This document shows, one piece after another, positions 16,209-24,585 of a stretch of DNA of 36,910 nucleotides. Positions within the stretch are counted from its first letter, which is position 1. Every line of letters starts with the position of its first letter. Origin of the DNA: Dehalococcoidia bacterium (lineage in GTDB: Bacteria; Chloroflexota; Dehalococcoidia; Dehalococcoidales; RBG-16-60-22); the NCBI GenBank assembly GCA_030615655.1, contig JAUWYU010000001.1:1-36910 (forward strand), written 5' to 3'. A program made the translations under genes and the position numbers. The notes beneath the pieces are model-generated. The model had not been told where the DNA came from, made no database searches, and saw only the letters and a list, made by a program, of their open reading frames with translations.

Positions 16209-17728
16209 ACCTGCCCCTCCATTATTCTATAGATTTCAGGAATGTCCAGACTGTGCCGGACCAGTTCTGCCAGCCTATCATAATGCTTCTCTTTTTCCAG
16301 GGCGGAGCCGCCCGCGGTTTCGGGCAGTCCCCAGTGCCGTCGTAAGGAGTTGAGAAAGGCCTGCCGGAAATCGTCGTTATGGAACAGGCCGTGCATGTAG
16401 GTTCCCAGCACGGTGCCCCGCTCATTGAGCATGCCGTCGCCGTAGTCGGCGGCTCCCTGGGGCGTTTCTATGATTTGAAAGGCGTCTGATTTCTCCCTGC
16501 GCCGGGACTGCCCCATGTGTATCTCGTAGCCGGTGAGTTCCATTCCCTTTGTTTCTGAAAGCAGACCGAGGTCAGACAGTACCCGTGCCCTGACCTGCCT
16601 GGTGGATTTCTCCGGGGCAAAATCGGTAACTACGTCAAGCAGTTCCAGTCCGGCAACCTCCGTCTCGGCGGATTCCACTCTCTGCGGGTCAAGGATTCTT
16701 TGTCCCAGCATCTGGTAGCCGCCGCATATGCCCACTACGGGTGTGCCCGCTTTGGCCTTTATCTGAATGCTGTTCGCCAGTCCCGCTTGTCGCAGGTACT
16801 CAAGGTCGTTGACTGTACTCTTGGTACCGGGCAGGATGATAAGGTGTGGATTGCCAAGCTCAAAGCGCTGGGTTATATAGCGTACCTGGCAGCCCTCCTC
16901 TTCCAGCGGGTCGAAATCATCATAGTTGGAGATGTGGGGCAGCCGGACGACGGCAATGTCGAGGTCTGCCGTGGCTGTGCTCTGGACCCTTTCATCAAGA
17001 TAGACCGAGTCCTCCTGGGCGATTCGGATATCCCGGAAATAGGGCACCACCCCCAGCACGGGCTTCCCGGTGCGCTTCTCCAGAAACTCAAGAGCCGACT
17101 GTATGAGCGTGACATCGCCGCGGAACTTGTTGATAATCAGGCCTTTAACGTATTCCCTCTCATCCTCATCCAGAAGCTCCAGGGTGCCTACCAGAGAGGC
17201 AAAGACGCCGCCTTTGTCGATATCTCCTACCAGCAGGACCGGGGAGCGGGATATCTTGGCTACCCGCATGTTGACAATCTCCCTGTCCTTGAGGTTTATC
17301 TCTGCCGGACTGCCCGCTCCTTCTATGACAACAATATCGTAAGCGGAACGGAGATGTGCCAGGGAATTCGAAACCGTTTCCAGCAGTGAAGGGGTGTAGC
17401 GATAGTAATCACCGGCGGATATGTTTCTGACCACCTTACCCAGCACGATAACCTGACAACCGGTATCCTTAGTCGGCTTGAGAAGCACCGGGTTCATGTC
17501 CACCGTGGGCTCAATGCCGGCTGCCTCCGCCTGTACTACCTGCGCCCGCCCCATTTCGCCGCCCTCGGCAGTGACGAAGGAGTTGAGCGCCATATTCTGT
17601 GACTTGAACGGCGCGACGCGGTAGCCGTCCTGCCGGAAGATGCGGCAGAGGGCAGCTACCAGAATGCTCTTTCCCGCCGACGAGGCGGTTCCCTGTATCA
17701 TTAAGGTCCTGGCATTATTCATAATCAA
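16205..17728 (-). CDS. cobQ: Cobyric acid synthase
   Basis: This 507-aa protein has an N-terminal CobQ/CobB/MinD-type ATP-binding domain (GTASSAGKS) and a C-terminal glutamine amidotransferase domain (GICGGYQMLG...YEIHMG). Confidence 0.9.
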   Translation of the reverse strand: MIMNNARTLMIQGTASSAGKSILVAALCRIFRQDGYRVAPFKSQNMALNSFVTAEGGEMGRAQVVQAEAAGIEPTVDMNPVLLKPTKDTGCQVIVLGKVVRNISAGDYYRYTPSLLETVSNSLAHLRSAYDIVVIEGAGSPAEINLKDREIVNMRVAKISRSPVLLVGDIDKGGVFASLVGTLELLDEDEREYVKGLIINKFRGDVTLIQSALEFLEKRTGKPVLGVVPYFRDIRIAQEDSVYLDERVQSTATADLDIAVVRLPHISNYDDFDPLEEEGCQVRYITQRFELGNPHLIILPGTKSTVNDLEYLRQAGLANSIQIKAKAGTPVVGICGGYQMLGQRILDPQRVESAETEVAGLELLDVVTDFAPEKSTRQVRARVLSDLGLLSETKGMELTGYEIHMGQSRRREKSDAFQIIETPQGAADYGDGMLNERGTVLGTYMHGLFHNDDFRQAFLNSLRRHWGLPETAGGSALEKEKHYDRLAELVRHSLDIPEIYRIMEGQV

Positions 17729-17736
17729 AAACCTTA

Positions 17737-18495
17737 TTACATAGACCCTATATAGTTGAAAAGGAGGATAGCCAGTACGAGCACCGTCACCTCAGCCACC
17801 TCGTTGATGGCACCGTAGGTATCCCCGGTGAGTCCGGCGAATTTGTGCTTGAGATAAAATGAGAGCGCGGTGGTTATAATCCAGACACCGAAAATAATTA
17901 GCAGGCCCGCCAGTGAAAACAGCGGGAATAGAGCTGCCGCCATCACTAGGGTAATAATCGTGGCGGCGGTGAACTGGGGCCACCGTGTCGCCTGCTTGAA
18001 GGCCGTCCCCAGACCGGAAGGACGGGCATAAGAGAAGACGAAAATGGCATAGACCATGGCCCAGCGGCTGACCACCGGCATGAAAATCAACACGGCTGTC
18101 ATAAAGACCGGCGGGGTGCTGTCCAGTGAGACATACTTGACGAGCAGCAGCAGAACGACGCCGACAATGCCGAAAGCACCGGCCCGGCTGTCGCGCATCA
18201 CCCGCCACCTGTCTTCAACCGGCTTGTGACCGGCGATACCGTCGCAGGTATCAACGAAGCCGTCCAGGTGTAAAGCCCCCGTAATTATCACCAGAGCCAC
18301 AATGAGCAGGGCGCTGACAACCGCCGGAGGTAGAACTAGGCTCAGCAGCCAGTTCAAACCAGCCAGGATAAGGCCGATAATAAGACCGACTACCGGGAAG
18401 TAGGCTGTACCGCGCCCCAGTTCTTCCGGACTGGCCTCACGCTTTCCTGGTAATGGTATGCTTGTTAAAAATTGTAGAGCGGCTAAGAAACTCAA
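17737..18495 (-). CDS. cobS: Adenosylcobinamide-GDP ribazoletransferase (cobalamin synthase)
   Basis: This 252-aa polytopic membrane protein has CobS motifs (FLTSIP..., HLDGFVDTCDG) and overlaps cobT by 4 nt. Confidence 0.9.
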   Translation of the reverse strand: MSFLAALQFLTSIPLPGKREASPEELGRGTAYFPVVGLIIGLILAGLNWLLSLVLPPAVVSALLIVALVIITGALHLDGFVDTCDGIAGHKPVEDRWRVMRDSRAGAFGIVGVVLLLLVKYVSLDSTPPVFMTAVLIFMPVVSRWAMVYAIFVFSYARPSGLGTAFKQATRWPQFTAATIITLVMAAALFPLFSLAGLLIIFGVWIITTALSFYLKHKFAGLTGDTYGAINEVAEVTVLVLAILLFNYIGSM

Positions 18496-19559
18496 TTATC
18501 TGACTCGTCTCCTTCCGAAACACCAGCTTCGGCAAAAGTAGCCATCTCATTCAGGATTCTGGCGGCGGCCTCAACCAGGAATATTCCCAGTGCCGCACCC
18601 GTGCCTTCACCCAGTCGCATATTAAGGTCGAACAGCGGCTTAAGTCCGAGGTGCTTGAGTATAATCGGGTGACCGGGCTCAGCCGAAACATGAGCCGCTA
18701 TGATGAAGTCTTTAACCTGTGGTGCCAGCGCTACCGCAATGAGAGCCGCCGCTCCGGAGATAAAACCATCAATTACTACCGGAATGCGTTTTGCCGCAGC
18801 TCCCAGCATGACACCGCACAGCCCGCCGATTTCAAAGCCGCCCACTTTAGCCAGCACCTCCAGGGGCCGGGACCGGTCGGGTTGGCTCATGGCCAGCGCC
18901 CGGTTGATGACATCTATTTTGTGGGCAAGCTGTTCATCAGTCAGGCCGGTGCCTCTTCCGGTAACTTCGCTTACTGGCTTCCCGGTCATAACGGCGCAGA
19001 TAGCCGCACTGGCCGTAGTATTCCCGATGCCCATGTCGCCCGTGCCCACTATATCCAGTCCCCTGTCCGCCTCACCGCTGACGATATCAATCCCGGCTTC
19101 TATGGCCTTCATCGCCTGCTCGCTGGTCATCGCCGGACCCAGGCACATGTTCTGGGTACCATAGCCGATTTTTCTTATTACCAGCATCGGCCCCGGCTTC
19201 AGGTCACTGGCTACGCCCATGTCCACGAAAGTGATTCTGGCTCCCACCTGGCGGGCAAGCACGTTAATGCCCGCCCCCCCTTGGACGAAATTCTCAACCA
19301 TCTGGGCGGTTACTTCCTGGGGCCAGTCGCCTATTTTTTCGGCGAGGACCCCGTGGTCGCCAGCCATGGTAATCATCGCCTTGTCCTCTATACGGGGTCT
19401 GGCTTTACCCTGGATACCGGCCAGTTGAATTGACAGTTCCTCCAGTCTCCCCAGGCTTCCTGCCGGCTTGGTCAAATTGTCCTGTCGTAACTGGACTTCA
19501 GCCATCTTGGCTCTGTCCAGGGGTTTTATCATCTCAATAGTGCGCGTGAGTTTATTCAC
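18492..19559 (-). CDS. cobT: Nicotinate-nucleotide--dimethylbenzimidazole phosphoribosyltransferase
   Basis: This 355-aa protein carries KP.GSLG.LE, GDMGIGNTT and GEGTGA motifs typical of CobT. It has a GTG start with an AAGGAG RBS. Confidence 0.9.
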   Translation of the reverse strand: MNKLTRTIEMIKPLDRAKMAEVQLRQDNLTKPAGSLGRLEELSIQLAGIQGKARPRIEDKAMITMAGDHGVLAEKIGDWPQEVTAQMVENFVQGGAGINVLARQVGARITFVDMGVASDLKPGPMLVIRKIGYGTQNMCLGPAMTSEQAMKAIEAGIDIVSGEADRGLDIVGTGDMGIGNTTASAAICAVMTGKPVSEVTGRGTGLTDEQLAHKIDVINRALAMSQPDRSRPLEVLAKVGGFEIGGLCGVMLGAAAKRIPVVIDGFISGAAALIAVALAPQVKDFIIAAHVSAEPGHPIILKHLGLKPLFDLNMRLGEGTGAALGIFLVEAAARILNEMATFAEAGVSEGDESDN

Positions 19560-19647
19560 GGAATCTCCTTATCATTATTTACCCAATTATATACCTTTAT
19601 GGCTCTCACCTGAAGAGGCGTATTCTCCTGACTCCGGTATGCTGCCA

Positions 19648-20448
19648 TTATGTTCCGGCTGTTTTATTCTTGCTGCCACTCAGCAGGACAGTAGGCAGAC
19701 CGTTAATGGGGTGGGTGTAAACACAGTTCTCGGCACCGTAGACCTGCTTGATATTTCGGTTGGTGATAACCTCCGTCGGTGTTCCCTCGGCATAGACACG
19801 TCTCTCGTTAATCAGGAATAAACGGTCGCAATACTGTGCCGCCAGATTGAGGTCGTGGACAGCCGCCAGGACCGTTAACCCGTTCTCCACACACTGGTTC
19901 TTGATGAGGTTAAGTATTTCAATCTGACGGCCGATATCCAGGTTGGCTGTTGGTTCGTCTAACAGGATTGCCTTTGTCTCCTGCACCAGAACGCGGGCAA
20001 TCAGCAGGCATTGTATCTCTCCGCCGGATAGCTCATTTACCCGGCGATTGGCCAGTGAGCGGGTGCCGGTCTTTTCCATGGCCTGCCAGGCGATTGCCCA
20101 GTCACGCTGCCCCTCGGACTGAAACAGACCGAGGTGCGGGTTCCTGCCCATGAGCACTATCTCATAGGCGGTAAAGGTGCTGGGCAGCAGCGGCAATTGA
20201 GGGACTACCCCGACCAGGCAGGCTAAGTACTTTCTGGGTATTCTGGCTATATCCTGTCCGTCAACCAGTACCTTGCCTGAACGGGGGTGGATGACGCGAC
20301 TCATGGCCTTGATGATGGTCGATTTGCCCGAACCGTTGGGACCGATGAGCCCCACCATTTCCCCCGGCGATGCTTTAAGGGTTATATCCTGCAGCACCGG
20401 CTGATGATTATACCCCAGCGATACATTCTGCATTTCCAGTTCAATCAT
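19648..20448 (-). CDS. ABC transporter ATP-binding protein, corrinoid/iron-siderophore type (BtuD/FepC-like)
   Basis: Walker A is GPNGSGKST, the signature motif is LSGGE and Walker B is ILLDEPT. The start is set at ATG 20448 (MIELEMQNVSL...), 8 nt after the permease stop. The listed 332-aa ORF adds 66 Arg/Pro/Gly-rich residues that overlap the permease gene and are very unlikely to be real. Confidence 0.85.
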   Translation of the reverse strand: MIELEMQNVSLGYNHQPVLQDITLKASPGEMVGLIGPNGSGKSTIIKAMSRVIHPRSGKVLVDGQDIARIPRKYLACLVGVVPQLPLLPSTFTAYEIVLMGRNPHLGLFQSEGQRDWAIAWQAMEKTGTRSLANRRVNELSGGEIQCLLIARVLVQETKAILLDEPTANLDIGRQIEILNLIKNQCVENGLTVLAAVHDLNLAAQYCDRLFLINERRVYAEGTPTEVITNRNIKQVYGAENCVYTHPINGLPTVLLSGSKNKTAGT

Positions 20449-20456
20449 ATTAAGCC

Positions 20457-21533
20457 TCAGAAAATTACCTTTCTGCGGCGCCGCAGCAGGTAGAGGAAGA
20501 AGGGGGCGCCGCAGATGGCGGTAATGACCCCGATGGGTATCTCCGTAGGGGCCAGTGCGGTACGTGCCACTAGGTCGGCGAGAATCATAAAGATAGCCCC
20601 GGTAAGCACCGACAGCGGCAGCAGAAAACGGTGGTCGGCGCCCCATATCATACGGACGGCATGGGGAATAATGATACCGACAAAACCGATGGTCCCCACG
20701 AAAGCAACACTGGCCGCGGTAATCAGGGTGGCGGCCGCCAGCAGGATTAGCTTGAGCCTTTCCACGTTAACGCCCAGCTGTTGAGCCTGCTCCTCGTCGA
20801 GTTGTATAACATTGAGCAGTCGGGCGAGAACAATGATAACGCCCGTCCCCACGGCTACGTAGGGCAGGACAACCCTTATCTCCGACCACTGGCTCAGGGA
20901 GAAGCTGCCCATCAGCCAGAAGATGATGCCGTGCATCGCTTCCCCGCTGGTAATGATGAGGTAGGAGACGATTGACCCGAGGAGTGCGCCCAGGGCCACA
21001 CCGGCCAGAATGAGAGTGGTTACGGGGAGGGTTTTGCCAACCCGTGCCAGGCTATAAACAGTTGCCGTGCTGACCAGTGCCCCGGTAAAGGCGAGTATGG
21101 GAATGATGTTGAATCCGAATCCGTGCCAGGTGACGGGCAGCAGGAAGCCGATGACAGCCCCCAGCGCAGCTCCCTGGGCCACCCCGATGAGATAGGGGTC
21201 GGCCAGCGGATTGCGGAAGAGCCCCTGGTAGGTGGCACCGGCCGTCGACAGAGCCGCCCCGACCAGTCCGGCGAGGATAACCCGGGGCAGGCGTATTTCC
21301 AGGACAATGGTAGCGATGGCGCTCTGCCAGGTTTGCGCGATATCGACGAAAGGCAGCTTATCTAGGAGAATGTGGAATGTCGTCAGCAGCGGGATGTGAA
21401 CACTGCCCACACTTGTCGCCAGCACCGCCACTGCCGCCAGTAAGATGGATAACCCCAGAAGGCTGTATAATCGAGTACGCCTTCCCGAAAAGTAGGTGCC
21501 TGTTGGTTCGATAGACTTCGGGTCAAAAGACAT
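20457..21533 (-). CDS. FecCD-family ABC permease (BtuC-like)
   Basis: This 358-aa polytopic membrane protein has FecCD/BtuC-like sequence (LRLPRVL.A.LVGAALS..G...Q...RNPLA.P...G). Confidence 0.88.
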   Translation of the reverse strand: MSFDPKSIEPTGTYFSGRRTRLYSLLGLSILLAAVAVLATSVGSVHIPLLTTFHILLDKLPFVDIAQTWQSAIATIVLEIRLPRVILAGLVGAALSTAGATYQGLFRNPLADPYLIGVAQGAALGAVIGFLLPVTWHGFGFNIIPILAFTGALVSTATVYSLARVGKTLPVTTLILAGVALGALLGSIVSYLIITSGEAMHGIIFWLMGSFSLSQWSEIRVVLPYVAVGTGVIIVLARLLNVIQLDEEQAQQLGVNVERLKLILLAAATLITAASVAFVGTIGFVGIIIPHAVRMIWGADHRFLLPLSVLTGAIFMILADLVARTALAPTEIPIGVITAICGAPFFLYLLRRRRKVIF

Positions 21534-21555
21534 ATTACTGGATACTCACCACTTA

Positions 21556-22491
21556 CTAAAATAGCTCCGGATGCAGCAGTTCAGCGAACTGCTCAAGTGC
21601 CTCGATTATCCTGGGTCCGGGTCGGCCCACCAGGTCGGTATTTATCTCATATATCCGGTTGTTGATACGGGCATCTATATCCTTCAATCTTGGATCGGTG
21701 CTGGCGAACAAAAAAGGCAAATCAGCGCCTTCCCCCATTCCGCTGCCGGCGACGATTACTTGCACATTCGCCTCGATAACTGCCTCTAGACTGATTGTCG
21801 GGTAACCACCCTCGAGGTCCTGGGCAATATTTATCCCGCCCGCCTTCACGATTAGTTCATGAATCCGGGTACTTGAGCTCACGGTCATCAAAGGGTCATG
21901 CCATATAATGTAAAAAACACTCGGTCTTTGCGCCTCCGGCAGATTGTCTGTCTTGTCGGTTATAGCCTTAATCCGGTTACGGCTGTCAGTGACTAATTCG
22001 GAGGCCTCCTCTTGCTGGCCGGTAAGCTCTCCCACCAGGGTAAAGGATTCCAGTACGTCATCAAGGTTTTTGGGGTCCAGGACAGCCACGGTTAAACCGA
22101 CTCTCTCCAGGGCTGGAAGGATTTCTTCCTTGTGAATGTCGGTGGCTAATATAAGGTTAGGGGAGAGAGCCACTATTTCCTCGATATTTGGCGTGCTGAA
22201 ACCGCCGATACTGGGTTTCGTCTTGGCCTCTGGTGGATAATCGCAAAAGTCGCTAACGGCCACCACCCGGTCGGCCAGACCCAGCGCAAAGAGAATCTCG
22301 GTATTGCTGGGAGCAAGAGAGATAATCCTCTGCGCGGGTTCGTCCAGGACGACCACCCTTCCTATCTGGTCGATTACTTCGATGGCGGATGGCGGCACGC
22401 TTTCCGGCGATGATGTGCAGGACACCAGAAAGCTCAGGACCAGGGCTGGAATCAGACAGATTGTGGCAAGCTTCGCAGGTTTGCTTTTCAT
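21556..22491 (-). CDS. Periplasmic-binding-protein-type (BtuF-like) substrate-binding lipoprotein
   Basis: It has a lipobox (LVSC) after a signal peptide, and PBP type 2 sequence (RIISLAPSNTEILFALGL...). The start is set at ATG 22491, which has a GAGGAGG RBS 5 nt upstream. The listed GTG 22497 lies inside that RBS. Confidence 0.85.
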   Translation of the reverse strand: MKSKPAKLATICLIPALVLSFLVSCTSSPESVPPSAIEVIDQIGRVVVLDEPAQRIISLAPSNTEILFALGLADRVVAVSDFCDYPPEAKTKPSIGGFSTPNIEEIVALSPNLILATDIHKEEILPALERVGLTVAVLDPKNLDDVLESFTLVGELTGQQEEASELVTDSRNRIKAITDKTDNLPEAQRPSVFYIIWHDPLMTVSSSTRIHELIVKAGGINIAQDLEGGYPTISLEAVIEANVQVIVAGSGMGEGADLPFLFASTDPRLKDIDARINNRIYEINTDLVGRPGPRIIEALEQFAELLHPELF

Positions 22492-22504
22492 AACCACCTC
22501 CTCT

Positions 22505-22541
22505 TTTAAATAATAGACCCCTCGACTCCAGCCGAGGGGTC
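22505..22541 (-). terminator. Riboswitch expression-platform hairpin (probable intrinsic terminator) just upstream of the btuF-like RBS
   Basis: On the minus strand, GACCCCTCG pairs with CGAGGGGTC (22541..22533 and 22524..22516) around an 8-nt loop, followed by TATTATTT and then the RBS. Confidence 0.5.
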
Positions 22542-22593
22542 ACTAAGACTCAACAAAAAGTCCTACTACTCCCCGCGGAGTCCTGTAGGCTGC

Positions 22594-22714
22594 TCAGGGG
22601 CTGGCGTTCTGACTTATGATAGATTAACTATCAATTACAGTGGCGCGGCCGCGTCGGATTTACACCGACTTGCTCTCCACTTGGTCCCTCGCTCACGCTC
22701 GGGCACCCCTGTTT
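22594..22714 (-). promoter_or_regulatory. Cobalamin (B12) riboswitch aptamer
   Basis: The minus-strand read is ACAGGGGTGCC...GAGGGACCAAGTGGAG...GGTGTAAATCCGACGCGGCCGCGCCACTGTAA...ATAAGTCAGAACGCCAGCCCCTG. This contains the conserved GGTGCC, AGGGA, GGTG.AAATCC and GCC.C.CCACTGTAA elements and the B12 box (AGTCAGAA.GCCAGCC). P1 pairs CAGGGG with CCCCTG. Confidence 0.85.
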
Positions 22715-22733
22715 ACTTATTCTATTTGAAAAC

Positions 22734-22762
22734 AATATACAATATTAAAAAGAAAAAATCAA
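22734..22762 (-). promoter_or_regulatory. Sigma70-like promoter driving the riboswitch and btuF leader
   Basis: Read on the minus strand: TTGATT (22762..22757), a 17-nt spacer, then TATATT (22739..22734). It lies about 20 nt upstream of the aptamer's 5' end, in an AT-rich tract. Confidence 0.45.
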
Positions 22763-22931
22763 GCCATTGTCAGGGAATTATTAAGGATATTTAAAAAAGG
22801 CGAGGCACAACGTATTCTCGCGATGGGGTCACTAAGAGGGGCCACATCTCCCTTAGACCCCTCGCTGTACCCCTTTACCCCGAGTTACTTAACATAACCC
22901 TGAAAACAAACCAGAGCTAACTCCAGGCCCC

Positions 22932-23339
22932 TCACGAAGGAATTGTTCCCCTTTTTACCGCTTCTTGTTGTTGGCTGCGTCTCAGCTTCGCTCGTATGCG
23001 GGCTATCAACGACCGTACGCCGAACGGCTTGCGTATATAATCATCGGCACCGTGAGATAGAGCCTTCCGCAGCGATTCTACATCATACTCTGTGTCGAGC
23101 ATGATGATGGGAACGTTAGAGTGCTCTCGTATAAGGTCAAGAGTCTGAATACTATCAAGCCCGGGCATCATTGAATCCAGAATGACCAGGTCTGGTTCAA
23201 TTTCGTCCAGTAACTTCAGTGCTGAGTCGCCATCAGCGACGACAATGGTGTCAAAACCTTCCAGCTCTAGGGTGCGATTAAGCAGCCTCAGCATCTCCTG
23301 GTCATCATCCACCACCATAATGCGTTGGCGGTCGTTCAT
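22932..23339 (-). CDS. Stand-alone response-regulator receiver (CheY-like)
   Basis: This 135-aa protein has the acidic pocket VVDDD, a phospho-acceptor context (LVILDSMMPGLD) and a conserved K (IRKPF). It has no output domain. Confidence 0.85.
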   Translation of the reverse strand: MNDRQRIMVVDDDQEMLRLLNRTLELEGFDTIVVADGDSALKLLDEIEPDLVILDSMMPGLDSIQTLDLIREHSNVPIIMLDTEYDVESLRKALSHGADDYIRKPFGVRSLIARIRAKLRRSQQQEAVKRGTIPS

Positions 23340-23384
23340 TACCGATTAAGTTCCCCTTACCTTGGTTTAAAGAGTCATCGCCTT

Positions 23385-23633
23385 TTAGTTCTGCGAACCG
23401 CTGGGCAGTGCTATCTCCCATATGGGAACAATAACTGACTTGTTTCTTGTGCTGATGAAGCCGGCGGTTCCTCCTGTTTTACTCGGAGAGTTAATGTCGC
23501 CCATAGTGGGCATGTCCTTGAACAATTTAAACCTGCCCTCCGGATTACCGTAGTGCGACTGCCGAAACGTCCTCATAGCTTCGACATGCTGCCGGAAAGA
23601 TTGGGCATTATACCATACCAGTGCCATTACCAT
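23385..23633 (-). CDS. Hypothetical 82-aa protein, no recognisable family
   Basis: It is the only ORF over 60 aa in a ~490-nt gap. It has a weak GAGG RBS and lies 45 nt upstream of, and on the same strand as, the stand-alone receiver. Coding status is uncertain. Confidence 0.35.
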   Translation of the reverse strand: MVMALVWYNAQSFRQHVEAMRTFRQSHYGNPEGRFKLFKDMPTMGDINSPSKTGGTAGFISTRNKSVIVPIWEIALPSGSQN

Positions 23634-23755
23634 TTTGCCTGCCTCATATTCCTAACATTACTCAAAACAACTCACAAACAGGTCAAAAAGGTATTGCAAA
23701 GCCTCACAAAATAATCACGGTTAGCCATTCACTATGATTTCAGCAGTCGGGTGGA

Positions 23756-23789
23756 GCAAGAAAAGAGCCTTCCTAGAATCGGAAGGCTC
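23756..23789 (-). terminator. Rho-independent terminator after the OmpR-family regulator
   Basis: On the minus strand, GAGCCTTCC pairs with GGAAGGCTC (23789..23781 and 23773..23765) around a 7-nt loop, followed by TTTTCTT. Confidence 0.7.
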
Positions 23790-23832
23790 CCTCAGGGCTG
23801 TTGCCTCTCTTCGTGTGATAGTTGTTTTATAA

Positions 23833-24531
23833 TCATTCTGGCTTTGACATTATGTATCCTATTCCGGGTCTGGTCAGGATATAGGTAGGATTCTTGGCAT
23901 CGTCCCCCAGCTTTTTCCTGAGCCGGGCTATATTCACCTGGAGGAGATGTGGGGCCCCGATATATTCTTCACCCCATACTTTATCCAGTAACTGGTCGGG
24001 CGTGACGATGCGGCCAGCGTTGCGGGAGATGTAAGACAATAGTTTGTACTCCGTGGAGGTTAGATTCAGCTCCTGACTATTAACCATGACTCTATGTGAG
24101 GTAAAGTCTATTACCAGGTCTTTATAATGGAATATAGCCCCGGCGGGCTTATCTTGGGTTCCTATGCGGCGCAACACTGCCCTGACTCGCGCCGCTAATT
24201 CACTCGCGGAGAAGGGTTTGGTTACATAGTCATCAGCACCAATATCCAAACCTTCAACTTTCTCCCTGTCATCGCCCTTGGCGGTGACCATAATTATAGG
24301 TACCTGCGAAAACTCGCGGATACGCTGGCACACGGTATACCCGTCCATATCTGGCATCATGATGTCGAGCAGTACCAGGTCTGGAGTTTCCTTCTCGAAT
24401 ACTCGCAGGGACACTTCGCCGCTATTAGCTACTAACACTTGGAAACTCTCCAGCTCTAGCATGCGCTTCATCATACGCAGTATCCTCACATCATCATCAA
24501 CCACTAAAACTAAAGCTTTTTTTGAGGACAT
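23833..24531 (-). CDS. OmpR/PhoB-family response regulator (receiver plus winged-helix domain)
   Basis: This 232-aa protein has VVDDD, LVLLDIMMPDMDG and KPF motifs. Its C-terminus has LT..E..LL..L..N.G.....QL....WG and RPGIGY. Confidence 0.92.
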   Translation of the reverse strand: MSSKKALVLVVDDDVRILRMMKRMLELESFQVLVANSGEVSLRVFEKETPDLVLLDIMMPDMDGYTVCQRIREFSQVPIIMVTAKGDDREKVEGLDIGADDYVTKPFSASELAARVRAVLRRIGTQDKPAGAIFHYKDLVIDFTSHRVMVNSQELNLTSTEYKLLSYISRNAGRIVTPDQLLDKVWGEEYIGAPHLLQVNIARLRKKLGDDAKNPTYILTRPGIGYIMSKPE

Positions 24532-24585
24532 GGTAGCACCTCTCTTTCCGGCGAAGGAAGTTATCCTCTATAATGAGTAAGGTTT

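Noticed and set aside
16700-19433. Long plus-strand ORFs antisense to cobQ and cobT (229 aa at 16700..17389, 260 aa at 18651..19433, 154 aa at 18700..19164)
   Set aside because: They are fully embedded antisense in confidently identified cob genes, are Arg/Gly/Pro/His-rich, and have no RBS. This is the typical mirror-frame artefact. The same reasoning applies to 5914..6486 (+), 35628..36188 (+), 11031..11450 (+) and 12699..13070 (+).
20449-20646. 66-aa N-terminal extension of the ABC ATPase ORF (MGRRPPFSAAAVG...)
   Set aside because: It overlaps the 3' end of the permease gene out of frame and is Arg/Pro/Gly-rich low complexity. A canonical ATG (20448) follows the permease stop by 8 nt and gives a normal-length ATPase.
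22790-22931. Small RNA or tRNA-like gene in the gap between the receiver gene and the riboswitch promoter
   Set aside because: There is no cloverleaf or known ncRNA motif. The structure present is an imperfect hairpin plus a weak GCGAG/CTCGC stem with a T-run, which is best read as the terminator region of the receiver gene. It is reported only as a repeated-hairpin observation.
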